Assembly: GCA_030145525.1 (NCBI GenBank)
Contig: JAQYVL010000120.1
Location: 1 to 46,393 of the forward strand
Origin: Desulfobacterales bacterium
Lineage (GTDB): Bacteria; Desulfobacterota; Desulfobacteria; Desulfobacterales; SURF-7
DNA length: 46,393 nucleotides
Reading direction: 5' to 3'
The position numbers were made by a program, and so were the translations under genes. This document shows, in pieces, positions 16,947 to 27,304 of the stretch; the first letter of the stretch is position 1; every line of letters begins with the position of its first letter. The notes under the pieces were generated by a model. The model was not told the origin of the DNA and did not search any database. It saw only the letters and a list, made by a program, of their open reading frames with translations.

Positions 16947-19412
16947 CTACATCCTTTTATTATAGAGGCGCAAACTATTGGTTACGACGGAAATGCTGCT
17001 GCATGCCATCGCAAGTGCCGCCAGAATCGGATGCAACTGCCGCAAAAAGACAGGAAAAAATTCAAACGGCGCCAGAACGCCTGCAGCCACCGGAATAAGG
17101 ACCAGATTGTAAAAAAATGCAAAAAAAAGATTCTGCTTCACTGTACTCATGGTTTTTTGGCTGATCCTGATTGCTGTGGATATGCCGGTCAAATTTCCGC
17201 TCGAAAGGATCACGCCTGCAGTCTCAATAGCCACGTCTGTCCCGGTTCCGATCGCAAAACCGACATCCGCCTGAGCAAGAGCAGGGGCATCATTGATACC
17301 ATCACCCACCATGCCGACCTTTTTTCCAATGTCCTGAAGTTCTTTTATCTTTACTGACTTTTCTTCCGGATGAACTTCCGCAAAAATTTCATCTATATTT
17401 ACTTCAGAAGCGATGGTTTGAGCGGTCCCTATATTATCTCCCGTAAGCATGAAAACACCAAGCTTCAAATCATGAAGCTGTTGAATTGCGCTTTTCGACT
17501 CGGGCTTGAGAAGGTCTGATACGGCTATTAGGCCGCACATCTTATTTCCCCGCATAACAATCATTACGGTCTTGCCTTCCGCCTGAAGCTGCCTTATCCG
17601 CGATGCCGGACTTCCTGTTATGCCTTCTTCGGCATTATCCGTATCGATCCCCATTTCCGAAAACCATTTCGGCTTTCCGACCCGAATCAATTCACCATCA
17701 ATCCTGGCCTGAACACCGAAGCCGCTTGAAGCTTTAAAATCTTCCGGTTCAACAAGATCAACACTTCTCTTAACGGCTTCCATGACAACTGCTTTTCCGA
17801 CAGGATGCTCCGACCCTTTTTCCACGGACGCCGCAATTCTTAGAAGGTGCATATCGGTTTCACAAGCCGGCTTCAACGGGTATATACCGGAAACAGACGG
17901 TTTTCCCATGGTGATTGTTCCGGTCTTGTCCAGGACAATCGTGTTCAGCCTTGTTGCTTTTTCAAGCGCCTCGCTGTTCTTGAACAGAATACCTTTTTCC
18001 GCGCCCTTGCCGGTTCCGGCCATGATCGCTGTCGGTGTGGCAAGCCCCAAAGCGCATGGGCAGGCAATAAGGAGAACCGCCACCAGCCGTATCATTGCAG
18101 GAACAAACTCGCCTGTAAGGCTCCACCATAAGACAAATGTTATGACAGCAATGCCTATAACAGAGGGGACAAAAACAGCAGCGACTCGATCCGCCATATC
18201 CTGAACCGGAGCCTTGCTGCCCTGTGCCTCCTGCACCAGCCGTATAATCTGGGCCAGCGCAGTTTCTTTTCCTACCCGGGTTGCCCTAAACTTGAGTCTC
18301 CCTTCCCCGTTGACGGTTCCACCGACAACAAAGTCATTAACAGTCTTATCCACCGGCAGAGGCTCTCCGGTCAGCATTGATTCATCCACTGAGGACGAAC
18401 CTTCCATTACCGTGCCGTCCACGGGAATTTTTTCTCCCGGGCGGACAACAACCATATCGCCGACCTTGACAATGGTCAGCGGCACCTCTTTTTCCACACC
18501 ATTTTCAATGATTGTCGCGGACCTTGGACGAAGGCCGATCAATTTTCGGATTGCACCCCCTGTTTTCCCCTTGGTGCGTGATTCCATCATTTTGCCCAGT
18601 TTAATCAGGGTAATGATGACGGCTGATGTCTCAAAATAAACATGGCCGTCCATCATGGGAAGGACAAGAACGGCGACCGAATAGAAGTAGGCTACCGAGG
18701 AGCCCATCGCGACAAGGACATCCATATTGGCGCTTCCATTTTTAAGGCTTTTTATGCCGCCGGTATAATAATCCCATCCGGTATAAAACTGAACCGGTGT
18801 TGCCAGAGCAAGAAAAATCCAGTTCACCCACGGTGAATGGCTCCAGGCTCCGATCAAACCAAAATCACGTCCCATACTCAGCAGAAAAAGAGGCAGCGAA
18901 AAGAGCAATCCTACGGTAAACTTTCGGGTCTGTTCCCTTATATCCTTGTCCCGCGCGACTTTTTCAACATCTTCTTCTGCCAGATCATCAGCAAGAATGA
19001 CCCCGTATCCGGCGTTTTTTATGGCTTCCGCAATATCATCCAGATTCGAAAGCCCTGGAATGAACTCCACCGACAGCCGCTCTGTCGCAAAATTTACAGA
19101 TGCTTCAAGAACCCCCGGAACTTTTTTATTTACCGCCCTTTCAATGTTTGCCGCACAGTTGGCACAGGTCATCCCGGTTACCGGAAATTCCTTTTTTATC
19201 CTTGGGACATTGTACCCGGCACCTTTAATCTTTCCGACAATCTCTTTGATGTGGAGCTGTTTCGGATGAAAATCTATTATAGCCTGCTCGGATGCAAAGT
19301 TAACGGTTAACTTTTTAATCCCCGAAAGCTTTTTTACATTTCTTTCAACAGAAAGGGCGCAATTGGAACATGTCATCCCGGTGATCGGCAATGTAATTGT
19401 ACGGTGTGTCAT
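16947..19412 (-). CDS. copA: Copper-translocating P1B-type ATPase with two N-terminal HMA domains
   Basis: GMTCSNCA and GMTCANCA, the CPC motif ([12 protein letters not shown]), DKTGT, and GDGINDAP. Confidence 0.92.
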   Translation of the reverse strand: MTHRTITLPITGMTCSNCALSVERNVKKLSGIKKLTVNFASEQAIIDFHPKQLHIKEIVGKIKGAGYNVPRIKKEFPVTGMTCANCAANIERAVNKKVPGVLEASVNFATERLSVEFIPGLSNLDDIAEAIKNAGYGVILADDLAEEDVEKVARDKDIREQTRKFTVGLLFSLPLFLLSMGRDFGLIGAWSHSPWVNWIFLALATPVQFYTGWDYYTGGIKSLKNGSANMDVLVAMGSSVAYFYSVAVLVLPMMDGHVYFETSAVIITLIKLGKMMESRTKGKTGGAIRKLIGLRPRSATIIENGVEKEVPLTIVKVGDMVVVRPGEKIPVDGTVMEGSSSVDESMLTGEPLPVDKTVNDFVVGGTVNGEGRLKFRATRVGKETALAQIIRLVQEAQGSKAPVQDMADRVAAVFVPSVIGIAVITFVLWWSLTGEFVPAMIRLVAVLLIACPCALGLATPTAIMAGTGKGAEKGILFKNSEALEKATRLNTIVLDKTGTITMGKPSVSGIYPLKPACETDMHLLRIAASVEKGSEHPVGKAVVMEAVKRSVDLVEPEDFKASSGFGVQARIDGELIRVGKPKWFSEMGIDTDNAEEGITGSPASRIRQLQAEGKTVMIVMRGNKMCGLIAVSDLLKPESKSAIQQLHDLKLGVFMLTGDNIGTAQTIASEVNIDEIFAEVHPEEKSVKIKELQDIGKKVGMVGDGINDAPALAQADVGFAIGTGTDVAIETAGVILSSGNLTGISTAIRISQKTMSTVKQNLFFAFFYNLVLIPVAAGVLAPFEFFPVFLRQLHPILAALAMACSSISVVTNSLRLYNKRM

Positions 19413-19434
19413 AATATTTCCACCTAAAGTGAGC

Positions 19435-19511
19435 GTTTCAAATTTTAAAAATATTGAATTTAAAAATATTTTTAAAGGATTTCATCCATTTGAATTCTTA
19501 AAATTTGAAAC
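19435..19511. repeat. 13-bp perfect inverted repeat (GTTTCAAATTTTA ... TAAAATTTGAAAC) separated by 51 nt, in the copZ-copA intergenic region
   Basis: Read directly: arms at 19435-19447 and 19499-19511. An internal direct repeat TAAAAATATT is at 19446-19455 and 19461-19470. The left arm lies 23 nt upstream of the copA ATG. Confidence 0.6.
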
Positions 19512-19584
19512 CCATAGGGATTGCCGCAATACGGCTATTGAGTCCTTTGATGGGATTTTGAAGCCACAGGGAAGGACAGCGTCG

Positions 19585-19788
19585 CTATTCCGCAGGATAG
19601 TTAATCTCCTTCAATAAGGCCCTGATCGCCTCCAGGGTAGCCGGAGCTTCCCATTCAACTGCAATGCTTTTATTCTCCGGGCTGCCCTCGGTAGCTTTCA
19701 CGCCTTCCAGTTCACTCAATTCGTGTTTAATAGTCATGACGCAATGACCGCACGAGATATTCGGGATTGAAAAGGTCTGTTTTTCCAT
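19585..19788 (-). CDS. copZ: Heavy-metal-associated (HMA) copper chaperone
   Basis: MEKQTFSIPNISCGHCV metal-binding motif. ATG at 19788 is preceded by GGAGGTG; the track start at 19803 would place the RBS inside the ORF. Confidence 0.8.
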   Translation of the reverse strand: MEKQTFSIPNISCGHCVMTIKHELSELEGVKATEGSPENKSIAVEWEAPATLEAIRALLKEINYPAE

Positions 19789-19828
19789 GAGCCACACCTC
19801 CATGGGAAATCCTTAAATGTAATACCGA

Positions 19829-20431
19829 TCAGCCTGCCCGCCCGTCATCGCAGGGGTCATCCTCATTTTCGGCTCTGGAATGCTCGGCTGTAGAAGAAGT
19901 TGTACAGGCATCATTTTTTAACTTTTCGTCGCCTCTCAGAACATCGAGCACCGATTCATAGTCCGGCTCATTTTTCAGTTCCGATACCAGTTTTGAAAAA
20001 ATCACCTCCCCCTTTTCATCCAAAACGACAACTGCTCTTGCCAGAAGACCTGTCAGAGGGCCTTCCACCATTCGAACGCCATAATTGTTTCCAAACTCGC
20101 GATTACGCAATTCCGAAACCGGAACCACCTCTTTCAATCCTTCCGCTTCACAAAAACGGGAATGAGCAAAGGGTAAATCAAGGGAAACACAAAGTACCAT
20201 CGTGTTAGGGAATTTACTTATCTCAGTATTAAACCTACGGACAGATGCTGAGCAAACCGGTGTATCCACACTGGGAAAAATATTCAGCACCACTTTCTTA
20301 CCGGCAACATCATCTAAGGAAATATCGGTCAAATCCGTTTTTGTTAACAAAAAATTAGGAGCTTTCACGCCGACTTTCGGCAACTCACCGATCGTATGTA
20401 CCGCTTCACCGCCAATTGTTATTCTTGCCAT
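19829..20431 (-). CDS. tpx: Thiol peroxidase (atypical 2-Cys Tpx) with an acidic, Cys-containing C-terminal extension of about 33 aa
   Basis: FPSVDTPVCS (peroxidatic Cys) and FAHSRFCEAEG (resolving Cys). RBS is GGAGGAG. Confidence 0.88.
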   Translation of the reverse strand: MARITIGGEAVHTIGELPKVGVKAPNFLLTKTDLTDISLDDVAGKKVVLNIFPSVDTPVCSASVRRFNTEISKFPNTMVLCVSLDLPFAHSRFCEAEGLKEVVPVSELRNREFGNNYGVRMVEGPLTGLLARAVVVLDEKGEVIFSKLVSELKNEPDYESVLDVLRGDEKLKNDACTTSSTAEHSRAENEDDPCDDGRAG

Positions 20432-20480
20432 TTTCTTCTCCTCCCATCTATTTCCATTTCGATCGATTCAACATCTGAAA

Positions 20481-20495
20481 TGATTGATTCAATCA
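20481..20495. promoter_or_regulatory. Perfect 7-1-7 palindrome TGATTGA-T-TCAATCA upstream of tpx (Fur/PerR-family operator architecture)
   Basis: Read directly. It lies 50 nt upstream of the tpx ATG, in the 110-bp korB-tpx gap. Confidence 0.4.
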
Positions 20496-20541
20496 CTTTA
20501 ATTACAAAATTAAGGGGCACCCAAACCAGTAAAACATTTGA

Positions 20542-21396
20542 TTACAATGATGAAAGCAATTCCTGAAGCTTTCCGTGATCATATTTTCGATCAACAAGAG
20601 GGCCATCTTTTACCATGCCGATTTTCTCCGTAAAGGAAGGCGATTCCTTCCGGTATATGATCCCGGTCGGTATTCTATCTCCCCATTGGAAAGACAGGCT
20701 TATGGCTTTTTGAAAGTCATCAGGAGTGTAGCCTTCTTCCTGCAGATCATAGACCCGCTTTTTATACCATCCGAATGTGTTAATTTGATTAAATGAAACA
20801 CAAGGCTGCAAAATATCAATCAAAACAAACCCTTTAAACTTCATTCCAGCCTGTATCAATTTGCTGAGCTGCGCTTCGTTTCCGGAAAACCCCCGCGCCA
20901 CGAATCCGATCCCCAGTGAAAGCGCAACTGCCAGAGAATTAAAGGGTTCCATTACAACACCGTGACGTTGAACTTTTGTCACCATACCCATGTCAGACGT
21001 CGGCGATGCCTGTCCCGCGGTAAGGCCGTAAACCTTGTTGTTGTGGACCAATAGCGTCAGATCCACGTTTCGCCTGATCGCATTCATAAAATGATTGCCT
21101 CCCTCTCCGTAGCAGTCGCCATCACCCGAGTTCACGACAATCGTCAAATCATGATTCGCCATCTTTGCCCCCGTAGCAATGGCCAGCGCCCGTCCATGCA
21201 GAGAGTGAAACAGGTTGCATTTCAGGAAGTGAGGCGTTTTAGCAGCCTGCCCGATTCCGGAAATGATAAGGAGCTTTTCCGGTGGGATGTCGAGTCTGAC
21301 AAAGGAATCCTTCATGGATGCGAGAATGCTGAAATTCCCGCAACCCGGGCACCATTTGTTTTCATAACTGCACTCATAATTTTCTATGGTTACCAT
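20542..21396 (-). CDS. korB: 2-oxoacid:ferredoxin oxidoreductase beta (TPP-binding) subunit
   Basis: N-terminal WCPGCGNF and the TPP motif GDGDCYGEGGNH. Confidence 0.85.
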   Translation of the reverse strand: MVTIENYECSYENKWCPGCGNFSILASMKDSFVRLDIPPEKLLIISGIGQAAKTPHFLKCNLFHSLHGRALAIATGAKMANHDLTIVVNSGDGDCYGEGGNHFMNAIRRNVDLTLLVHNNKVYGLTAGQASPTSDMGMVTKVQRHGVVMEPFNSLAVALSLGIGFVARGFSGNEAQLSKLIQAGMKFKGFVLIDILQPCVSFNQINTFGWYKKRVYDLQEEGYTPDDFQKAISLSFQWGDRIPTGIIYRKESPSFTEKIGMVKDGPLVDRKYDHGKLQELLSSL

Positions 21397-21422
21397 GATG
21401 TCGCTCCATATGGTTTATTTTT

Positions 21423-23120
21423 TCAATCCAAATATGCCTTGATTCCCCTGACAATTTCATCCGGAAAAAACGGCCGTCCATCGTATTTTAATACCGAACC
21501 TTCGGCAACAAGTCCGGTTTGCTCTCGAATCAGTCTGCCGAGCTGGGCGGTGGAGTTCTGCTCCACAACAAAAAACGATTTACAGGAGGAAAGCGCTTTC
21601 TGAACCAAATCCGCACGGAAAGGCCAGATATCGGCTATATGAACACACCCCGCGCTGATCCCATCCTCTCTCAGCCGATCCACGCTCTCCCTTATAGGCC
21701 CTTTGCTGGAACCCCAGCCTACAAGAAGCAATTCGCTTTCGGCATGATATCTTTCGGGCGGCCGCATCTCCTCCAGCATTGCCGGAGTTTTGGCATTTCT
21801 TTTGTCCACCATATTCATGCGATCGGTTATAGCTTCACTGATATGGCCGTCCTCGCTGTGTTCATTGCCGGATACCAGCACAAGCGCTTTGCCGCTGCAG
21901 GGCAATGCACGGGGAGAAATTCCACTCGAAGTTATTGCATACCGGCGGTATTCGGATGGGGAATCGATCTGGTCATCCCCTACCACATACCGCTCAATTT
22001 CACGGGGAGCCGAAAGCGGACGTTCGGTTATATAGAGAGAATCATTTAAGGTTTGATCTGTAAGAACAATAGCAGGCACCTGATATTTATCTGCCAGATG
22101 GAAGGCTCTTTCCGTCATTTCAAACGCTTCCGAGGGTGTTCCCGGCGCAAAGACAAATCGCAGAAACTCATCCTGGGAGGCATTGATCACAAACATAAGA
22201 TCTCCCTGCGCAGTCCGGGTAGGAAGACCGGTGGCAGGCCCGGGCCTCTGGGCGTTTACCACGACAATCGGGGTTTCGGTCATTCCCGCAAGACCGAGGC
22301 CCTCGGTCATGAGACAAAAACCGCCTCCGGATGTTGAAGTCATGGCGCGCACTCCGGCAAAAGAAGCACCGATCACCATATTGATCGCCGCGATTTCATC
22401 TTCAGCCTGCTCCACAAAAAGCGGAAAATCATCCGACAAGGATGAAAGGTTGACCATAATACCCGTTGCCGGTGACATGGGATAAAAAGCGGCTACCCGG
22501 CAATCGCCTGCCAGAGCTCCCAGAGCAATCGCTTTAGAGCCATTCAGTACCGAACCTTTTGGATCTCCGAACTGCCATGTAAACGACCAGGGGAATTTTG
22601 CATCCTTGACAGAATCGTATCCGAGTCTCGCGGCCGAAAGGTTCATCTCCAGCGCATCGCCGCCTTTCCCCTCGAAACGATCTTTCAGAATTGATTCAAA
22701 CAGCTCAAAAGGCGCGCCCAAAAGACCCAGACATGCCCCCGCGGCAACAGTATTCGCGGTAATCTTCTTTCCGGCCTTTACGGCAAGATCGTTGATGGGA
22801 ACGGGCAGTTGATTTTCTTCCGGCTCCCCCTTGACATCCATCATGGATATTCCGCCCGGAACAAGCTCATCTTTGTACGAATCATATGTTCTCTGATTCA
22901 ACGCCACAAGCAGATTCACCCTGTGGTGAGGTGCATATACAGGCTTATCGCTAATGCGGATCTGGAAAAAACTTTTTCCTCCCCGGATGCGCGATTCAAA
23001 ATCGTTTATGGCCATAACATAAAGTCCGGCTTTATGGCAGACGAGGGTAAGGAGATCTCCAACCGTCTGAATCCCCTGACCGGCTTCGCCTCCTATCTTT
23101 ACTGTAATATCCACAGCCAT
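21423..23120 (-). CDS. korA: 2-oxoacid:ferredoxin oxidoreductase alpha subunit (fused gamma-alpha type)
   Basis: GGEAGQGIQT (gamma domain) followed by the alpha domain (AAFYPMSPAT). ATG at 23120 is preceded by AGGAGTG; the track start is at 23135. Confidence 0.85.
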   Translation of the reverse strand: MAVDITVKIGGEAGQGIQTVGDLLTLVCHKAGLYVMAINDFESRIRGGKSFFQIRISDKPVYAPHHRVNLLVALNQRTYDSYKDELVPGGISMMDVKGEPEENQLPVPINDLAVKAGKKITANTVAAGACLGLLGAPFELFESILKDRFEGKGGDALEMNLSAARLGYDSVKDAKFPWSFTWQFGDPKGSVLNGSKAIALGALAGDCRVAAFYPMSPATGIMVNLSSLSDDFPLFVEQAEDEIAAINMVIGASFAGVRAMTSTSGGGFCLMTEGLGLAGMTETPIVVVNAQRPGPATGLPTRTAQGDLMFVINASQDEFLRFVFAPGTPSEAFEMTERAFHLADKYQVPAIVLTDQTLNDSLYITERPLSAPREIERYVVGDDQIDSPSEYRRYAITSSGISPRALPCSGKALVLVSGNEHSEDGHISEAITDRMNMVDKRNAKTPAMLEEMRPPERYHAESELLLVGWGSSKGPIRESVDRLREDGISAGCVHIADIWPFRADLVQKALSSCKSFFVVEQNSTAQLGRLIREQTGLVAEGSVLKYDGRPFFPDEIVRGIKAYLD

Positions 23121-23156
23121 GAAATCACTCCTCATATAATAGAATCTCGTTCAGAT

Positions 23157-24338
23157 TCACGCTATCGCTTTTCCAATCTTTCTTCCGAACTCAATACAGG
23201 CATCTATCCCTTCCGGGTCGGGCACATACTGAATTCTTATTCCCGGATCAACGATCTTAAATTTCATCTTCTCCAGTTCATCCCGAATAAGGTTCACGGA
23301 TTCACCGCTCCACCCATAAGAGCCAAATGCCGCACCGATTTTATTTTTCGGTTTCAAGCCTTTCATATATGTCAAAAAATCACTGACCGTCGGGAACAGA
23401 TTGTTGTTCAGCGTAGGCGATCCGACAATGACGGCCTTTGAATCCATAACCTCCGTCATCACATCGCTTCGATGCCACTTGCGAAGGTTCAGCGGGCGGG
23501 CATCAACCCCTTCATCCGCGATTCCCCGTACAATTTTCTCAGCCATGATTTCAGTGCTGTGCCACATGGTATCATAAATGACAACGGCTTTTCTTTTAGG
23601 CTCCTGTTTGCCCCATCGGGAATAAGCCTCCAGAATCCTTCCGGGATCCTTTCGCCAGATAACGCCGTGATCCGGACAGATCATGCTGATTTCCAAGCCC
23701 AGCTTCTGAACCGTTTCGATCAGCTTCAGCACTTTGGCTGAATACAGCAGGAGAATGTTGGCAAAATATTTCTTTGCATGAGGCATGATGGCGTCGCCAA
23801 TCTGATCATCAAACTTTTTAGGCCCGGCATAGTGTTGTCCGAATGCATCAGATGAAAACAGAATTTTGTCTTCCGGAAGATAGGTAAACATGCTGTCCGG
23901 CCAGTGAAGCATCCGGGTTTCCAGGAATTTAAGTGTTCTTTTCCCCAGACTCAACTCCCCGCCGTTTTCCACAGCGCGGTAGTTCCATTTCTGACCGAAG
24001 TGCTGTGCGAGATTTTTTTGCCCCATCTGTGAGCAGTAAATGGGTTTGTCTTCTCCGATTTTGTGCATGACTCTCGGAAGCCCTCCGGAGTGATCCATTT
24101 CCGTATGGTTGCTGATGACACAGTCGATCTTTTTGGGGTCAACGATTTCGGAGACGTTATCCAGCAGTTGTTCGGAGAACTCTTTTTTTACAGTATCAAC
24201 CAGGGCAATCTGTTCATCGACGATCAAATAAGCATTGTATGTCGAGCCGTTTTGGGTGGAATATCCGTGAAAATCCCTAATATTCCAGTCCACGGCGCCG
24301 ACACTATAAATCCCTTCTGCAATTTCAAACTGTTTCAT
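23157..24338 (-). CDS. roo: Flavodiiron protein (rubredoxin:oxygen oxidoreductase / FprA type)
   Basis: Metallo-beta-lactamase-like diiron domain (SNHTEMDHSGG) plus a C-terminal flavodoxin domain (VGSPTLNN). It sits directly downstream of a rubredoxin gene. Confidence 0.88.
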   Translation of the reverse strand: MKQFEIAEGIYSVGAVDWNIRDFHGYSTQNGSTYNAYLIVDEQIALVDTVKKEFSEQLLDNVSEIVDPKKIDCVISNHTEMDHSGGLPRVMHKIGEDKPIYCSQMGQKNLAQHFGQKWNYRAVENGGELSLGKRTLKFLETRMLHWPDSMFTYLPEDKILFSSDAFGQHYAGPKKFDDQIGDAIMPHAKKYFANILLLYSAKVLKLIETVQKLGLEISMICPDHGVIWRKDPGRILEAYSRWGKQEPKRKAVVIYDTMWHSTEIMAEKIVRGIADEGVDARPLNLRKWHRSDVMTEVMDSKAVIVGSPTLNNNLFPTVSDFLTYMKGLKPKNKIGAAFGSYGWSGESVNLIRDELEKMKFKIVDPGIRIQYVPDPEGIDACIEFGRKIGKAIA

Positions 24339-24450
24339 TTCAAATCCTTTTAAAAAAAAATTAAGGACACAGATTGATCCTGAAACAGGAACTAAAATTC
24401 AAAAAATCCGATATTTCAAGTGTCGATCTGTGCCCTATCCAGATATATTT

Positions 24451-24612
24451 TTATTCTTCCTTTGAAAAATCATCTTTTGAGGCGCCGCATATTGGACACT
24501 CCCAATCATCGGGCACGTCTTCAAATGCTGTCCCCGGAGCCACTCCATTATCCGGATCCCCCTCGGCAGGGTCATAAACATATCCGCAGACTTCACATAC
24601 ATACTTATCCAT
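24451..24612 (-). CDS. rub: Rubredoxin (53 aa), absent from the supplied ORF track
   Basis: The reverse complement translates to [53 protein letters not shown], with CxxCG and CPxCG knuckles. A strong RBS AAGGAGG lies 6 nt upstream. Confidence 0.92.
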   Translation of the reverse strand: MDKYVCEVCGYVYDPAEGDPDNGVAPGTAFEDVPDDWECPICGASKDDFSKEE

Positions 24613-24750
24613 TTGTTACCTCCTTTTTGGTTGGGATTGTTAACTGCTGCCATACCATCAATTGCTCGAATATTTCTACTATACCAAAACCAATCCTTCA
24701 ATCCCTAAATTCCTAAATTCCTGCATCATGTTTTTAATCAACGTTGCGTT

Positions 24751-25971
24751 TTAACCAAAATCATCAAACGCGATTGCTTCGGGATCAACTCCAAGTCTGT
24801 CCAGCATTTCCATAACCGCTTTGAGCATCATGGGTGGTCCGCAAAGATAGTACTCGACTTCAGACGGGTCCGGGTGAGTACTCAGGTATTCGTCATAAAG
24901 GCACTGATGAACAAAACCGGTAAGCCTGTTCCAGTTATCCTCGGGCTGAAGACCGGACAGGGCAACATGGTATGAAAAATTTTTAAATTTCTCATCCAGC
25001 AATTGAAAATCTTCGTCATAAAACATTTCCTGTTTTGATCTGGCGCCATACCAGAAAGTCATCTTCCGGGTTGTTCCGGCCTCGTTTAACTGGCTAAAAA
25101 TATGAGACCGCATGGGTGCCATACCGGCACCGCCACCGACAAAACACATCTCCCTCTCTGTATCTTTTACAAAAAAATCACCATACGGACCGCTTAACGT
25201 CACCCTGTCACCTGACTGCAAGCTGAAAACATACGACGATCCGATTCCCGGCGGAGCTTCCGGAGCATCAGCCGGAGGTGTCGCAAGTCTGACGGTAAAT
25301 CTGAGGGATTCTTTTTCATAGGGTGCACTGGCAAGGGAATAGGCCCGATAAACCGGATCCTCTGATTGTGAGCCCAGCTTTCGAAGTTCAAACTTTTCCC
25401 ATGAAGCGTTAAAGCGTTCTGCAACGTCAAACTCCGTAAACTCGACTTCATATTCCGGGATATCAATCTGCATATATGCACCGGCCTGATAATCAAAATC
25501 CTCCCCCGGATCAAGCTTTAAAACAAGTTCTTTAATAAAGGTTGCCACATTCTTATTGGAAACGACTGTTGCATGATATTTTTTAATGCTGAAAATTTCA
25601 TCCGGAATCCGAATCTGCATTTCTTCTCTGACCTTAACCTGGCATGCCAGACGAATATTCCCCTTTATTTCCCTGCGTGAGAGATGCGGCAGCTCGGTGG
25701 GAAGCAAATCTCCTCCTCCCTTTTCCACCTTGCACCGGCACTGGCCGCATGATCCCCCGCCTCCGCAGGCGGAAGGAAGAAAAATATCGTTACTCACCAT
25801 GGCTGCCAGAAGGGTTGATCCGGAAGTGACAGTGATGCTTTTTTCCCGGTCATCGTTTATGGTAACCAGGCAATCTCCTTTTTTTACAATTCTGGCTTCG
25901 ACAAAAAAGAGTATGCCCAAAAGGGAAAAAACAACAGATGAAAAAACTACTATACCAACAAGGTATGTCAA
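24751..25971 (-). CDS. nqrF: Na+-translocating NADH:quinone oxidoreductase subunit F
   Basis: N-terminal TM helix, [2Fe-2S] CGGGGSCGQCRC, and FAD/NAD motifs (RAYSLAS, GGGAGMAP). Apparent TTG start follows GGAGGTG. Confidence 0.9.
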   Translation of the reverse strand: MTYLVGIVVFSSVVFSLLGILFFVEARIVKKGDCLVTINDDREKSITVTSGSTLLAAMVSNDIFLPSACGGGGSCGQCRCKVEKGGGDLLPTELPHLSRREIKGNIRLACQVKVREEMQIRIPDEIFSIKKYHATVVSNKNVATFIKELVLKLDPGEDFDYQAGAYMQIDIPEYEVEFTEFDVAERFNASWEKFELRKLGSQSEDPVYRAYSLASAPYEKESLRFTVRLATPPADAPEAPPGIGSSYVFSLQSGDRVTLSGPYGDFFVKDTEREMCFVGGGAGMAPMRSHIFSQLNEAGTTRKMTFWYGARSKQEMFYDEDFQLLDEKFKNFSYHVALSGLQPEDNWNRLTGFVHQCLYDEYLSTHPDPSEVEYYLCGPPMMLKAVMEMLDRLGVDPEAIAFDDFG

Positions 25972-26026
25972 TTACACCTCCGGAATTCTATTTTTTTTCT
26001 TTAATGCCGGCTCCATCAAACAGCAG

Positions 26027-26635
26027 TCACAGTGTAATACCCGAAAACAACATAAACGCCATGGCCATCAGCCCGGTAACAATCATGGTAATACCGTAGC
26101 CTTCAAGTCCTTTGGGAACATCCGCATACCTTAGTTTCATCCGTATGGCTGCCATGAGCACGATGGCAAGCATCCATCCCACTCCTGATCCGAATCCAAA
26201 AACCGTCGACTCCAGGAACGTATGGTTTCGTTCAACCATAAATAGAGAAGTTCCGAGAATTGCGCAGTTTACGGCAATAAGCGGCAGAAAAACTCCCAAT
26301 GAGGAATAGAGAGCGGCGGAAAATCGGTCGATCATCATCTCAATTACCTGAACCATAGTTGCGATAACAACGATAAACATTACCAGCTTCAGATAACTCA
26401 GATCCATGTCCGGAAATCCCGCCCACGAAAGTGCCCCCGGTGCCAGCAGGAAGTGATAGATCAGCCAGTTTACGGGCGTAGTTATCGTAAGGACAAAAAT
26501 AACCGCAAATCCGAGACCGATAGCTGTATCAATATTTTTTGAAACAGCGACAAAAGAGCACATGCCCAGAAAATAAGCCAGTAGAATATTGCCCACAAAA
26601 ACCGAATTTAAAAAAATATTGGACAGGTCGCCCAT
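26027..26635 (-). CDS. nqrE: Na+-NQR subunit E
   Basis: [11 protein letters not shown] and AVNCAILG conserved Cys motifs; 6-TM protein. Confidence 0.9.
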   Translation of the reverse strand: MGDLSNIFLNSVFVGNILLAYFLGMCSFVAVSKNIDTAIGLGFAVIFVLTITTPVNWLIYHFLLAPGALSWAGFPDMDLSYLKLVMFIVVIATMVQVIEMMIDRFSAALYSSLGVFLPLIAVNCAILGTSLFMVERNHTFLESTVFGFGSGVGWMLAIVLMAAIRMKLRYADVPKGLEGYGITMIVTGLMAMAFMLFSGITL

Positions 26636-26686
26636 AACTGTCTCCCTGCAAAACCAGCAAACAGATCCTCAACTTCTCCAAACAAA

Positions 26687-27304
26687 TCAATCTCCGGTCA
26701 AGTACCGCTGGAGCCAGACCAGAAGGCCGATAATGATAAACGCTGCAGGAGCCAGAAGCATAAAGCCCATATCCTCATACCCGGAAGCATAAAAGGATTC
26801 AGGTATGATCTTAACTCCAAAAAGTTTTCCGGAACCGAACAGTTCACGAATGAATGCAACCGCAAGCAAAACGGAACCATAGCCCGCCCCGTTGCCGATT
26901 CCATCGATGAATGCCAGGTGCGGCGGATTGGAAAGGGCGAAAGCCTCGGCCCTTCCCATGACAATACAGTTTGTTATGATCAGGCCTACAAATACGGAAA
27001 GCTGCTTGCTGATGTCATAATAAAAGGCGCGCAGAAACTCATCCGCCAGAATAACCAGGGTTGCGATAACCGCGAGTTCGACCAGAATGCGAATGTTCCT
27101 GGGCACCCAATTCCGCATCATGGAAACAATCAGACTGGAAAACGCAACGACAAACGTCATGGATATGCTCATCACAATTGCGGTTTTAAGCTGTACGGTA
27201 ACTGCAAGGGCGGAACATATACCTAACATCTGAATGGAAATGGGATTCTCGCCCCAAACAGGTCCGACAAGTGCTCTATAGGTCTTTCGTTTTATTATCC
27301 TCAT
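26687..27304 (-). CDS. nqrD: Na+-NQR subunit D
   Basis: ENPISIQMLGICSALAVT and ITNCIVMGRAEAF. ATG at 27304 forms an ATGA overlap with the nqrC stop; an alternative start is at 27313. Confidence 0.9.
   Translation of the reverse strand: MRIIKRKTYRALVGPVWGENPISIQMLGICSALAVTVQLKTAIVMSISMTFVVAFSSLIVSMMRNWVPRNIRILVELAVIATLVILADEFLRAFYYDISKQLSVFVGLIITNCIVMGRAEAFALSNPPHLAFIDGIGNGAGYGSVLLAVAFIRELFGSGKLFGVKIIPESFYASGYEDMGFMLLAPAAFIIIGLLVWLQRYLTGD

Noticed and set aside
24704-24720. A short tandem repeat CCTAAATT x2 between nqrF and the rubredoxin gene, and various 4-3-4 mini-palindromes in other spacers.
   Set aside because: Too short to distinguish from chance in AT-rich intergenic DNA.
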